A stretch of DNA of 64,000 nucleotides from Candidatus Micrarchaeota archaeon (GCA_021814005.1 JAKAJC010000004.1:230-64229); one strand, 5' to 3'; shown: positions 1 through 9,614, counted from the first letter of the stretch. Made by a program: numbers and translations. Notes: generated from the sequence alone by a model not told the origin.

Positions 1-49
1 CCTGAGCAAGTAATTTTTCAAGCAGGCAAGGGATTTTTCAAGCAGGCAG

Positions 50-3000
50 CTATTCTTCGCCGAATCTCATTTTGAATCCCTTGCGCGCGGTTTCGAGCGT
101 GAGCGGCACCGTAACTATCCCGCTGGTCGCGGTCACACTGACCTCATATTCCTTTTCAGCCACAATCAGGCTCCTGAATTTCGGCTTGTTCTTATCCAGC
201 GTCTTTGTGTCAAGCTGCCCCAATTTTCCGTACATTTCGGTCGTAGCGTTAAGTATCACGCTATGCTCCCCCTTGTGCTCGTGGATTTCAACGTTGAGCT
301 TGGTCAGAAGGTCGTCCACCGTAACCAGCGCATTCTGGCTTGCGGGGTCTTTCTTCTTTTCCAGCGTTGTCTTGATTTCAGCCAGAGCTGCCGCATAGCC
401 AACCATGGCTTTTTCTGCAGTGGTAAGCTCGAGCGAAAGCCCGCGGCTGACTCCGGCCTTTACTTCGGCGTCGGCCTTGGCCTTTTCCTTTGCCTTGGCC
501 GTTTCCTCTGCCTCGCCAAGCTTGACCTTGCCCATCTTCTCGACGCCCTGGGTCAGCTTCTGCTCGATTCTCACGGTGAGCTTGTTCATGCGCTCCAGTG
601 AACTCTTGAGCGTCTTCTCCTCGGCCGGGCTCAGCTTCTGCCCGCTCGCGGCCTTGCCCTCCAACTGGGCAACAGTCTGCTGCTCCTTGGCGAACCGGTG
701 CACCAAATCTCGTCCTTCGGCGTCTCCGGCAAGTTTTCTTAGCGCCTGCTTGGTGTCCCTTACAACTGCATCCTCGCCCGGCGCCGGCCTGCTCAGGTCT
801 TTGGCATATTGCTCGTAATTCTCGAACCTCTTCTCCAGCAAATGCGCCCGTTTGCTGATGATTTTGTGGGTGACTATGAAAGTGCCGATAAACGCCAGCG
901 CGGCCATCTCCTGCGCGTTGAACTTGCCCTCCCTGACCAGCTCACTTACGAATTCAGTCGATTTCACTCCAAACAGCGCCTCGAGCATCTTGGTCGACAG
1001 CTGTTCGCTCACTTCCATAATCTCGTTTGTTGCCCCGACAACCTTGGCGCCGAATTTGGCATTGCTTGTGACGAGGTCAACTCCGGCCTGCTGGTATCCT
1101 GCCGCCTCAAGACTTGCCTGCTCGAAAAATGCACCGGCCTTGGTGCCGTTCAGGGCGCGGCCCATCATTTTCACCACGCTCGGCCCGCAGGCGCCTATGA
1201 TGGCGAGCGATATGCCGCCCTCCAGCAAAATTGAACCGGCGTTGCTTTGGGTGACTCCCTGCTTCTGCACCTCTTCATACAAGTTATACATTGTGTGGCC
1301 TGCGTCATATACGAAATAGACTGCCGCAATCGGCGCAACGACCGGAGCGGTGACCGGAACAATGGAGCCAATCATCAGCCCGCCCTGCAAAATAAGCGTG
1401 CCCCAGTCGTTCATGAACTGGCTGAACTCTATGCTCCCCTTGTGGTGCAGCGACTTGCCGGCCTCCCACTGTTTCTTGAGGTCTGTGCTGATTTCCTTCA
1501 CAGCCTCCTGATTTGCCTCGTGCTTGAGCGAGTATCTGATGCGGGCCAAATCGGCCGGGCTGGTCTCGGCCATCCTCTCCCTGCCGCCCGGGTAATAGTT
1601 GCCGTCCTTGTCACGGTGGCCGGTTGCTCCGTACCTCCCGTTAAAGTAGTCCTCGACGCTCTTGGCCTCTATCTTGAATCCTTGGGGGTGCGTCTTCTCA
1701 ACATAAACGCGGTATTTGCCGGTGCCGCTTCCCTCCTGCGGCACTAGAGTACCGTTCCCGTAATGGGCGTCCACCATGGCAGATGTGGCGTTCTCCAGCG
1801 TGGTGAATGCGTAGAACTGCCTTGTTCCTGTTTGGACATCAACATAATCGTCCATCATTTTGCGCCTTTGCATAATGCTCTCGGTGTTCTGTCCGAGCGG
1901 CGCCGGCTGGTCTTTCCACTCAATGGAGAAGCTGGTCATGTTGCTGGCGACTTTTTGCAGGCTCTTGCTCCGCTTGTCCTCTGCCCTGCTCAGCTCGTCC
2001 CAGAATTCCGGAGTTGCCTTGAGCCTGTCGATTGTCGCGCCTTTCAAATCCCCGTTGAAAATTCCGGGCGAGATGATGTCCATGACCGTGCTTGTAACCT
2101 GATTTACCTGCGCGCCTGTCGGGTTTTGCGCAAGCGTTGAGAGTGAAAGCCGCAGAGCCTGCAGTTTCATCCGCATGCCGCCTATCGAGCCTTCGGCCTC
2201 CTCGGCCAACTCAAGGCCCTCGCCGAAAAACATCCTGCGCTCGCGGTCTGTGTATTTGCGCAAAACGGCCGCCACGCCGTTCTCGTCAAATCCGCCGCCG
2301 GCCTTCTTGCTTTTGAGTTGCGCCTCAAGATATTCGATGTCTTTTTCCATCTGCGGAACAAGCTCTGCTCCAAGAGAAACAAGCGACTGCTGGAGCTGGC
2401 CGGCTGTTGATGGCGCAACCACTTTTGTCAAATCAACCTCTATGGGCCGCAGCAGCACTTCTGCGCCGCCCAAAATGTCCCTCTCCATGCTTCCAATCAA
2501 AAAGTCTGCCGGCAGCACTCCGTTGTTTTCCACGCAGGCCTCCAACGCTCTAATCGTAAGTTCAAGCGCCTCCGGAGTTTTGCCGCAATATTTCTGGACT
2601 ATGTCGGGATTGTATTTGTATTCTTCAACCAGCTTCTTGAGTTTGGTGATGCCAACCTCGAAATCCCCGTTGCCGATGGCTGCTTTTGCCACCTTCCAGT
2701 TGTTCGCCACCTCGTCGCTTATGCGGATGTAAGACTCCTCGAATATCTCCCGCTCGTCCTGGCTTTTGGCCTTGTTGAATTTTGCCCTGACACTGGTGCG
2801 GCCCTCCTTGATGCCTTCCTGTATTCTGATGTTCTCGTCCGTCTGCCGCTGCACAACCCCTTTCGGGCCGGTGTAATCGCTGGGCATGACATAAGGCATG
2901 GGGGCAATACCGCTGCCGGGCTTGTTCATTTCCTCGTGATTGTAATCCATCTGGCCTTTGAGGTCCTGCCTTAGCTTCTCAAGCAGGCCTTCCTGCCCTT

Positions 3001-4177
3001 TTGCTTTTTCATTGTCAACAAGTTGCGCCATTTTCGCAAGAGTTTCGATTTTGACAGCCACATTGAGGTCCGGGCTCATCACAATGTAATCCGCCTGTCC
3101 CGCAATGCTCTGGTCAATGGCATTGCGCTGTGTCTGGCCTTTGGTTTTTTCGTGCAAATCAAGAAGCGACTGCACCTTGTCAACGGAATTCTGCTCGGTA
3201 TTGACAATTGCGTCAATTTTTTTCTGAAATGCTGAACTGACCGGTTTGCCGGCCTTTTTCTCGCCTGTTTGCTTTTGTTTTTCCGCAATCTCGCGCACCA
3301 CTACTGCGCCGCCCTCGTTCGAGGCGAGCAAATTGTCAATTTCGTAATTATGCAAAATTCCTTTTTCGTCCTTGAGTGAAAACTTTCCTTTTTCATAATC
3401 ATCCATTGCAATCTGCACAAGCTGCCCGTTCGGCAAAGTTACCTGCGTTTTTTCATTTTCCCGCCTCATCTGCTCATACTGCTCGGGCGTGAGTCCGGCG
3501 TCCTCCTGCTGTTGCACGACTTTGCCCTGCTGCTGCACTATCTGGGCCGTTTCATGCAGGCTTTCGGCCTGCTGCGTTGTTTGCGCCAGAGGCATCTGTC
3601 CGGCGCCGGCCGGCACAATGCTCCCGTTCTCGCGAACCACCAGTTCGTATTTCTCGTACTCCGGGCCATTGACCTGATCCAAGACTGCCAGTATGTACTG
3701 TTTTGCATTTTCCTCGGTCAAGCCGAGGCCGATGACCGTGCTTGCAAGATGCGTGATGCTTTCCGGACCCTCTTGCCGGATTTTCTTGACCGCTTCTGTA
3801 AGGTCCATTCTCGTGCCGGCCGGCAGCGAAACAGGGGTGGAATTATCCATGGTCGCAATCATCGGGCTGTGCGCCGGCGCAGAAAGCGTGAGCTGGTTGC
3901 CGACAATCTGAAAAGCGTCTTTATTCATGTTGAGCGATTTGGCAGCGATGTCGATAATCTGCTCTTTTGGCAGGTTGATGAGGCTGATATCAATTGCCGC
4001 CATTATCGGCGCGCCTGTCGGATGCATGGATTCAAGATGCAGGATGGCCTGCCGGTTGTAATTTACCACCAAATCGCGCAGGCCGCATGAAAGCTTGTAG
4101 ATGTTTTCGCTCAGCTTCTGCACTGCGTCATCCGGCTTGGGGGCATATACCCCTCCCGTCAAGTCGAAAACAAACAT
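50..4177 (-). CDS. Giant hypothetical protein (1375 aa): Cys-poor, with a hydrophobic helix cluster at ~aa 930-1130 and a Lys/Glu/Ala-rich C-terminal tail
   Basis: Uninterrupted 4.1-kb ORF directly downstream of rpoP on the same strand. The ATG at 4177 is preceded by TTTTATTAA (minus strand) ~22-30 nt upstream. Only 4 Cys by hand count. No family recognised by eye. Confidence 0.7.
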   Translation of the reverse strand: MFVFDLTGGVYAPKPDDAVQKLSENIYKLSCGLRDLVVNYNRQAILHLESMHPTGAPIMAAIDISLINLPKEQIIDIAAKSLNMNKDAFQIVGNQLTLSAPAHSPMIATMDNSTPVSLPAGTRMDLTEAVKKIRQEGPESITHLASTVIGLGLTEENAKQYILAVLDQVNGPEYEKYELVVRENGSIVPAGAGQMPLAQTTQQAESLHETAQIVQQQGKVVQQQEDAGLTPEQYEQMRRENEKTQVTLPNGQLVQIAMDDYEKGKFSLKDEKGILHNYEIDNLLASNEGGAVVVREIAEKQKQTGEKKAGKPVSSAFQKKIDAIVNTEQNSVDKVQSLLDLHEKTKGQTQRNAIDQSIAGQADYIVMSPDLNVAVKIETLAKMAQLVDNEKAKGQEGLLEKLRQDLKGQMDYNHEEMNKPGSGIAPMPYVMPSDYTGPKGVVQRQTDENIRIQEGIKEGRTSVRAKFNKAKSQDEREIFEESYIRISDEVANNWKVAKAAIGNGDFEVGITKLKKLVEEYKYNPDIVQKYCGKTPEALELTIRALEACVENNGVLPADFLIGSMERDILGGAEVLLRPIEVDLTKVVAPSTAGQLQQSLVSLGAELVPQMEKDIEYLEAQLKSKKAGGGFDENGVAAVLRKYTDRERRMFFGEGLELAEEAEGSIGGMRMKLQALRLSLSTLAQNPTGAQVNQVTSTVMDIISPGIFNGDLKGATIDRLKATPEFWDELSRAEDKRSKSLQKVASNMTSFSIEWKDQPAPLGQNTESIMQRRKMMDDYVDVQTGTRQFYAFTTLENATSAMVDAHYGNGTLVPQEGSGTGKYRVYVEKTHPQGFKIEAKSVEDYFNGRYGATGHRDKDGNYYPGGRERMAETSPADLARIRYSLKHEANQEAVKEISTDLKKQWEAGKSLHHKGSIEFSQFMNDWGTLILQGGLMIGSIVPVTAPVVAPIAAVYFVYDAGHTMYNLYEEVQKQGVTQSNAGSILLEGGISLAIIGACGPSVVKMMGRALNGTKAGAFFEQASLEAAGYQQAGVDLVTSNAKFGAKVVGATNEIMEVSEQLSTKMLEALFGVKSTEFVSELVREGKFNAQEMAALAFIGTFIVTHKIISKRAHLLEKRFENYEQYAKDLSRPAPGEDAVVRDTKQALRKLAGDAEGRDLVHRFAKEQQTVAQLEGKAASGQKLSPAEEKTLKSSLERMNKLTVRIEQKLTQGVEKMGKVKLGEAEETAKAKEKAKADAEVKAGVSRGLSLELTTAEKAMVGYAAALAEIKTTLEKKKDPASQNALVTVDDLLTKLNVEIHEHKGEHSVILNATTEMYGKLGQLDTKTLDKNKPKFRSLIVAEKEYEVSVTATSGIVTVPLTLETARKGFKMRFGEE

Positions 4178-4198
4178 GGCGGATGGACTCTCGCGAGC

Positions 4199-4207
4199 TT
4201 AATAAAA
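4199..4207 (-). promoter_or_regulatory. TATA-like box for the 1375-aa gene (leaderless pattern)
   Basis: Minus strand reads GTCAGTTTTATTAAGC, ending ~22 nt upstream of ATG 4177. GTCAGTTTT occurs twice (plus-strand AAAACTGAC at 4204-4212 and 4222-4230). Confidence 0.4.
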
Positions 4208-4282
4208 CTGACTAGCCGGACAAAACTGACGATAAGAAGAACTTTTTGAAAAAGAGAATTTTTGGAAAAATAAAAATATTTT

Positions 4283-4414
4283 CTAATCTGTGCCGACTTC
4301 TTTGGCTATGGGCTGGCGCGCCTTGTAGAGCACCCTCCAGCCGCAGTGGGGGCAGCGGGTGAACTTGGCGTCAATTGCCTTGACGTCTTTTTTGCATTTT
4401 GCACAGCGGTACAT
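4283..4414 (-). CDS. rpoP: DNA-directed RNA polymerase subunit P (Rpo12/RpoP), 43 aa
   Basis: Not in the ORF track because it is too short. My translation is MYRCAKCKKDVKAIDAKFTRCPHCGWRVLYKARQPIAKEVGTD, a CxxC...CxxC zinc ribbon typical of RpoP. It sits immediately downstream of rpl37ae, as in the archaeal exosome superoperon. Confidence 0.8.
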   Translation of the reverse strand: MYRCAKCKKDVKAIDAKFTRCPHCGWRVLYKARQPIAKEVGTD

Positions 4415-4438
4415 AGAGATACCCCTAATTTACCGATT

Positions 4439-4705
4439 CTAGGCGTTCTTCGCCTTTGCTTCCTTTTCGCGGCGGTCGAAGTCTGCCGTCAGGCGGCTGG
4501 CCACCTCTCCTGCCGGAGTGGTGAGCGCATATGTCGCACCCGCGAACTCCTTGCCGCAGGCGCGGCATTCCCACAAAGCGTTGCTCACGCGGTGAACCTG
4601 CACCTTGGAGCAGCGCGGGCAGGGGTATGCGGCGCGCCTTGTCTGCGCTGTCGCCGAGGCGCGTTTGCGCAATTCCATGCCGTATCGAACATTGAAGTCT
4701 GCCAT
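4439..4705 (-). CDS. rpl37ae: 50S ribosomal protein L37Ae (eL43)
   Basis: The 88-aa sequence has a YPCPRCSK...WECRACGKEFAGATY zinc ribbon characteristic of L37Ae. Position after rrp42 is conserved. Confidence 0.9.
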   Translation of the reverse strand: MADFNVRYGMELRKRASATAQTRRAAYPCPRCSKVQVHRVSNALWECRACGKEFAGATYALTTPAGEVASRLTADFDRREKEAKAKNA

Positions 4706-4735
4706 TTGAGAATCACCATTAGTTCATTTCATCAA

Positions 4736-5521
4736 TTATTGCTGTATCAAGCGCCTAAGCTCGGCGCCTTTCTTAAAGGATATATCCACGAACTCCATTA
4801 TATCCTTTTGGGTGACCCCCTTCCAGCCCGTTTTCTGGGCCGCGCACACGAAATCGGGGGTGGTGGCGAGCGTGAAGCGCCCGTCCAGCCCCTTCTCCTC
4901 GTCAAGCGTGGGGTCGAGCAAATATGTGTTGCCCGCCATGCCGAATGTGCAGCTGACAGGCAGGCACGAAATGGGCAGATTGCCCTCGTACTCGCCGCGA
5001 ACAAGCTTCTCGCCCTCCATCTTGGGCATGCGCGTATTCGCAAGCGCGGCTACGGCCGCAAGCATGGCGGCGTCGAAAAGGTTGCCGTCGTGGTCCATAA
5101 TCCACAAATCCACGTAGACCGCCTTGACTTTTGTCACGCCCTCCACTTTGAGCGAAGACAAATCAATCATGTTGGCCGAGCGGATGCCGCGGTCAACCAC
5201 GCGGGCAAGCTCGATTGCCTCCACGCGGGGCGGGCCGGGCTCGAAAAGATGGCTGCCCAAAGGCGAGAATTCTGCGCCTGTGGAGAGCACGCCCTCTTCG
5301 GGGCGGTCTGGGAACGGGGTGGCCAAATCAATTTTCACGCCGGCCAGCACCTGAGTGCGGCCCAAATGGCACACTGCCGACCCTTCTGCATTTTGCAGCG
5401 GGTTTCTCTGCAGGCTGATGGAGCGGTATGTGAGCATGTCACGTCCGTCCTCGCGCTTGCCCGAGGCGAGCATCGAAAGCAGCTGGCTGTGCTTGAGTTC
5501 TTCCTGTACTTCCATGAACAT
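4736..5521 (-). CDS. rrp42: Exosome complex component Rrp42 (RNase PH-like, inactive subunit)
   Basis: RNase PH-like sequence (RxDGR, GSA...G.T.VLAGVK) following rrp41. ATG 5521 lies 4 nt after the rrp41 stop; GTG 5524 and ATG 5515 are alternative starts. Confidence 0.88.
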   Translation of the reverse strand: MFMEVQEELKHSQLLSMLASGKREDGRDMLTYRSISLQRNPLQNAEGSAVCHLGRTQVLAGVKIDLATPFPDRPEEGVLSTGAEFSPLGSHLFEPGPPRVEAIELARVVDRGIRSANMIDLSSLKVEGVTKVKAVYVDLWIMDHDGNLFDAAMLAAVAALANTRMPKMEGEKLVRGEYEGNLPISCLPVSCTFGMAGNTYLLDPTLDEEKGLDGRFTLATTPDFVCAAQKTGWKGVTQKDIMEFVDISFKKGAELRRLIQQ

Positions 5522-5525
5522 CACC

Positions 5526-6308
5526 TTATTGCCTGATTTCGCCGGGCGTGAGGTAGAGCGGCACGCTCACCTCGCCTCCGCGCTCATAGACGCGGCGCAG
5601 GGCCGCCGTCTGAATGGCATGCACTTTCTTCGAGGCCGCCATGCCCATTGTCATGGCCTGGTCAAGCTCCTCGCGTGTGAGCTGGCCGTCCATCTGGTAG
5701 AGCAAAACCTCGCCGTTGCGGCTTGCAAATGCGACGGGGTTGTCGGAGTCGCCCCAGTTGTCCTCCTCTTTGGACAGGTCGAGGGCGAGGTGGCCTTCCA
5801 CCTTGCCGACCGCAACTGCGGACACCATGTCTTTCATGGGAATGCCTGCGTCGGCCAGAGCAACTGCGGCCGCCGTTACTGCGGCGCAGCGCGTGCCGCC
5901 GTCAGACTGCAGCACGTCGATGAAAACATCAATGGCGCTCTTTGGGTAGGATTCGGCAATAACAACATTTTCGAAAGCCTCGGAAATTACCTTGGACAAC
6001 TCCTGGCTGCGGCGCGACGGGCCGGACCTTCCGTGCTCCTCAAGAGAGCAGAATGGAGCCATGTTGTAGCGGCACCGAATCACGGCGCGGTACGGGCTCT
6101 CGTCATGGCGGGGAATGCATTCGCGCGGGCCGAATACGCCTGCGAGAATTTTGTTCTTGCCCCAAATTACCAGCGCCGAGCCTGCGGCGTCGTTGAGCAC
6201 GCGGGCCTCTATGGAAAGAGGGCGCAGTTCGTCGAACGCGCGCCCGTCAAGGCGTTTGCCGTCCTCGCGAAGAAGAGGCGGTTTGCTTTTGGATGCACCA
6301 GTCATCAT
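5526..6308 (-). CDS. rrp41: Exosome complex exonuclease Rrp41 (RNase PH-like)
   Basis: LREDGKRLDGRAFDELRPL...GSALVIWGKNKILAGVFGPRE is a typical Rrp41 N-terminus. A GGTGA SD overlaps the track start (6314), so ATG 6308 or 6305 is preferred. Confidence 0.88.
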   Translation of the reverse strand: MMTGASKSKPPLLREDGKRLDGRAFDELRPLSIEARVLNDAAGSALVIWGKNKILAGVFGPRECIPRHDESPYRAVIRCRYNMAPFCSLEEHGRSGPSRRSQELSKVISEAFENVVIAESYPKSAIDVFIDVLQSDGGTRCAAVTAAAVALADAGIPMKDMVSAVAVGKVEGHLALDLSKEEDNWGDSDNPVAFASRNGEVLLYQMDGQLTREELDQAMTMGMAASKKVHAIQTAALRRVYERGGEVSVPLYLTPGEIRQ

Positions 6309-6353
6309 AGTCACCTTTTACAAAAATTATCTAATTTCATCAGAATAATTCAA

Positions 6354-7082
6354 TCAAACTTGGGGCTGATTCGGATTCTGCGGCGCTCTTGCCGAGCGGG
6401 GCGAATAATCTGAATCAGCCGCCTCGTCTCCCTGTCCGCCCGATGAGTGCACCGGAGCTGCCGGCGCTTTGGGCATTGCTTTGCCGCCCTTCTCCCTCAA
6501 GAGCGCGGCCACGCGGTCTGTCAATCCAGTGGTGTGGGCCTGCGCCTCCACCATGCGAATCGCCTCGACCGCCAACGCATGATTGCCGCCGAATGAAACA
6601 AACACATAGCCGTTGCGCCCGACTATCACCTGACAGCCGGTCATCTGCGCGATTGTGTTAATCATGGAATTCCGCTTGCCGATAAGGCGCGGCACCTTGA
6701 CTGGGGAAATGCGCTCAAGCCAGCCGCCCTCCAATGGGCGCGCGTCGGCCAAATCAATCGACTTCACTTCGTCGACGTTGATTACCCTTGCCTGCACCAT
6801 GCTGCCGAGGCGGAAAGTGGCCCTCGAATCTCGGCTGGACAAAAAGCCGGAGAACGGCTCGCCCAGCTCGACATTGTAGCCTGTGAAGCGGATGTCTGTG
6901 ACATAACCGACCACAATATCCTCGACAAGGGGCTCGTAAGGCCCTTCAAGGGGCACAAGGTGGCCGTCATCGCTCAAAAGGCTGAGCGCGGTCGCATATG
7001 TCTTGTGGCCGTCTGAAAAAGTGTAGGCCATGCGCTGGGGCTGGTCTGAAACGACTTCGCCTGGAACGACGATTTTGGACAT
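6354..7082 (-). CDS. rrp4: Exosome complex RNA-binding protein Rrp4 (S1 + KH domains)
   Basis: MSKIVVPGEVV... has S1-like then KH-like sequence and sits upstream of rrp41. Start moved from 7112 to ATG 7082, which is preceded by AGGAGGG. Confidence 0.88.
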   Translation of the reverse strand: MSKIVVPGEVVSDQPQRMAYTFSDGHKTYATALSLLSDDGHLVPLEGPYEPLVEDIVVGYVTDIRFTGYNVELGEPFSGFLSSRDSRATFRLGSMVQARVINVDEVKSIDLADARPLEGGWLERISPVKVPRLIGKRNSMINTIAQMTGCQVIVGRNGYVFVSFGGNHALAVEAIRMVEAQAHTTGLTDRVAALLREKGGKAMPKAPAAPVHSSGGQGDEAADSDYSPRSARAPQNPNQPQV

Positions 7083-7258
7083 AAGAATATCCCTCCTAAA
7101 TGCTTGGCCCAAACAGGGGCCATGGAACTACTAATCAGGTTCCGTTTTTGTTTCGAGTGTACGAGAGATAGTGGGGGCCCTATCTATAATAATATATATG
7201 GTTGGGCGGGCCCGCGAAAGCAGCCGGTTTGGCTCAAGCGGCCGGTTTGGCCAAATAT

Positions 7259-7969
7259 CTATTTTCCGGCATCCAGCATCTTGGTCTGGTTGTCGCCCGA
7301 TGTGGCCTTGTTCAGTTTGTCCAAAAATTCTCCAACCATGCCGGCCGGAATGGTGATGACGCCCATCAGACTTCCGTCCGAGCCCCATTCCTCGCGCTCC
7401 ATGTGCTGGCTTTTGAGCAAACCGAATGCGCGGTGCGCGTGAATTGCAGGAACCTTGATTGCAATGCGCTTTTTCTCCATCTTGATAGGCAGCTCAAGGC
7501 GCAATGCGGAAATGACTTTGTCCATTTGCGCGGCCGCATCCTGCATGGGGTCGATGTCAAGGCGCACCTTGTCCATGGACGCCTCTATGCGTGCAAGAGG
7601 ATGGGGCGCGCCCGTGCGCGGGTCTGTCGCCTCGCGCGCAATGAGCTGTGCAATCTGCTTTCTTTTCTGCTCCATCATCTTGTGCTTCTGGTCGGTGGTG
7701 AGGGCCAGCTCGCCGTCCTTGAGAATTTTCTCGGCAATAACGAAAACGTCCTGAGTGTGAAACGCTTTCTGCAATTCAGCCGCCTTGGCCCGCTCAGATG
7801 CCTTGGCGTCTGTGAAAATTTCCTCTACAACAAGAACATTGTTCAATTCTTTTTTCTGGCCCAAGCGATAGGCAAGTCCTGCGTCGGGGTCAACGTAGAT
7901 TTCGAACAGCTTGCCCTCTATCTTCATGTGCGCGATGATTGCCTTGTCAAGTGAAACCATGTTTATCAC
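7259..7969 (-). CDS. sdo1: SBDS (Shwachman-Bodian-Diamond) family ribosome maturation protein
   Basis: KLFEIYVDPD...ELNNVLVVEEIFTDA motif; conserved superoperon member. GTG 7969 overlaps the upstream stop (GTGA); ATG 7960 is the alternative start. Confidence 0.88.
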   Translation of the reverse strand: MINMVSLDKAIIAHMKIEGKLFEIYVDPDAGLAYRLGQKKELNNVLVVEEIFTDAKASERAKAAELQKAFHTQDVFVIAEKILKDGELALTTDQKHKMMEQKRKQIAQLIAREATDPRTGAPHPLARIEASMDKVRLDIDPMQDAAAQMDKVISALRLELPIKMEKKRIAIKVPAIHAHRAFGLLKSQHMEREEWGSDGSLMGVITIPAGMVGEFLDKLNKATSGDNQTKMLDAGK

Positions 7970-8745
7970 GACACAATCGAATTTTCGCCGGCATCAACCA
8001 CGTTCGTGGTCGGCAGCACGAATTCATCGTCCCAATAAACCGGGGCCACATATACAATCGCTTCCTGCACGATGCCGTTCCCTCTGTCGAATGACAGCAG
8101 GGCCCCGTCTTTGGGGTTATAGCAGTAGGTGCCTGAATTGACCGTGAATTTTGTCTCAAAGCATTCGGTCTGGATTGTGCCCCATTTTTTGGATTCCACT
8201 TTCTGCACGCGAGTCATCGTCCGGTTTTTCAGTTCGCCCAGCAGTCCGTTGTCCGGGCTGTAGAGCACAGACCGCGGCTTGGACTGGTTGTAGCACACCC
8301 ATTCCCCCTCGCGCGCGCCGGCCGAGGTTGTCCCGCTGTCATCGCAAAGATAGTAAGCCGGCCCGTTGAGGGCGTAATAGCGGAAGGTGCCGTCGCTGGC
8401 GCGCCATTGGCTTTTTCCGTCGTATGAACGGTTGACGTATCCCATAACCTCTGTGCCGTTCCAAATGATTTTGTATTCGGCATGCCACGAATGATTGGTC
8501 TCCAGTTCAAGAAGGCGCATCATCTCGTTTCTCGCGTCGCCTGCCGCCGCGGGTGCGGGAGTTCCATTTTGCGGAAGAGCCGCGCCGGCCGAGTTGTTAG
8601 GTTTCACCGCGCCGACCGTATTTTTGTCTTCAACCGGGCCCGAGCCGCCCGCCGCAGGCTGCTGATTTTGCGCCTGGGTGCAGCCGATGAAAATAAAACC
8701 GACGAAAATAAGAGAAATTAAAAAAAGAAATTTCAGCATGTTCAA
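7966..8745 (-). CDS. Hypothetical secreted/lipobox protein (259 aa)
   Basis: N-terminus MNMLKFLFLISLIFVGFIFIGC has a signal peptide ending in Cys, followed by a Gln/Pro/Ala/Gly-rich linker. It is wedged between psmA and SBDS with a 4-nt overlap to the SBDS start. Confidence 0.7.
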   Translation of the reverse strand: MNMLKFLFLISLIFVGFIFIGCTQAQNQQPAAGGSGPVEDKNTVGAVKPNNSAGAALPQNGTPAPAAAGDARNEMMRLLELETNHSWHAEYKIIWNGTEVMGYVNRSYDGKSQWRASDGTFRYYALNGPAYYLCDDSGTTSAGAREGEWVCYNQSKPRSVLYSPDNGLLGELKNRTMTRVQKVESKKWGTIQTECFETKFTVNSGTYCYNPKDGALLSFDRGNGIVQEAIVYVAPVYWDDEFVLPTTNVVDAGENSIVS

Positions 8746-8753
8746 TCACTCAC

Positions 8754-9464
8754 TCAAGCCTTGAGGTGCTTCTCAATCTCCTTTGTCGAGAGCACTTCAA
8801 ACACCTTGGTCTTGCTCGGGCAGATGGCGATTTCGACGTTCTGCGCCTCCAGCTTCAAATCGCCGGATTTGCGCAGCGCCTTGAGAGCGAGCGAGATGCC
8901 GGCGTCGAGGGTGAGGGATTCCTTGTATTCTTTTTCAAAGAACTCCTCAACCTCTTTGCGGCCCGAGCCGATGGCGCAGGCCTTGTAGCCTGTGAGAGCG
9001 CCCGAGGGTTCTGCCTCGTAGAGGCGCGGCTTGTCGTCAACGCCTGCCACAAGCAGTGTAACCCCGAAGGGTCTTACGCCGCCGTATTGAGTATATACCT
9101 GCATCAAATCGCACATCTCTTTTGCCATTGCCTCCAGACTCATGCTTTCGGCATAGGCCATGCGGTGGCGCTGCGCCTCGAGGCGCGCGATGTCCACCAA
9201 ACGGCGCGCGTCGGCAATCAGGCCGGACGCGGTGGTTGCGATGTGAGTGTCAATCTCAAACACCTTCTTCATCGACTCGGGCACAAGCAGGCCGGAGCCG
9301 GCGTTTTTGTAGGCAACAAGCGCCACTCCGTCGGCGCACACTATTCCGATTGCGGTTGCGCCGCGCCTCACCGCCTCTTTGGCGTATTCCACCTGAAACA
9401 GGCGGCCGTCTGGCGAGAAAACCGTGCTGGCGCGGTCATATGCTTGGGGCGATACGGGGTACAT
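8754..9464 (-). CDS. psmA: Proteasome subunit alpha
   Basis: YDRASTVFSPDGRLFQVEYAKEAV is the canonical alpha-subunit N-terminus. Start set to ATG 9464 (MYPVSP...), preceded by GAGGTG with 5-nt spacing. Confidence 0.92.
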   Translation of the reverse strand: MYPVSPQAYDRASTVFSPDGRLFQVEYAKEAVRRGATAIGIVCADGVALVAYKNAGSGLLVPESMKKVFEIDTHIATTASGLIADARRLVDIARLEAQRHRMAYAESMSLEAMAKEMCDLMQVYTQYGGVRPFGVTLLVAGVDDKPRLYEAEPSGALTGYKACAIGSGRKEVEEFFEKEYKESLTLDAGISLALKALRKSGDLKLEAQNVEIAICPSKTKVFEVLSTKEIEKHLKA

Positions 9465-9504
9465 GAAGACACCTCGAAGATAATGCACTGCATAACCGAA
9501 GAAG

Positions 9505-9514
9505 ATTTATAATT
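9505..9514 (-). promoter_or_regulatory. TATA-like box upstream of psmA
   Basis: AATTATAAAT on the minus strand lies ~40-50 nt upstream of ATG 9464, consistent with a short SD-containing leader. Confidence 0.4.
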
Positions 9515-9614
9515 GGGGCGCAGCGGCCCCAGACTTGCGCGGGCGAGAAGCTAATTCTGTTTTTGATTTTTTTGTTTTCCGGCCTTTGCCACCTCTTTTC
9601 GCATTCGACGGGAG

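Noticed and set aside
4346-6413. Long plus-strand ORFs (396 aa and 352 aa) overlapping rpl37ae, rrp42 and rrp41
   Set aside because: They are antisense shadow ORFs of well-recognised minus-strand genes in GC-rich DNA. Their translations are Arg/Ala/Gly-rich low-complexity sequence with no motifs.
7202-7954. 250-aa plus-strand ORF
   Set aside because: It is entirely antisense to the clearly identifiable SBDS gene, so it is a shadow ORF.
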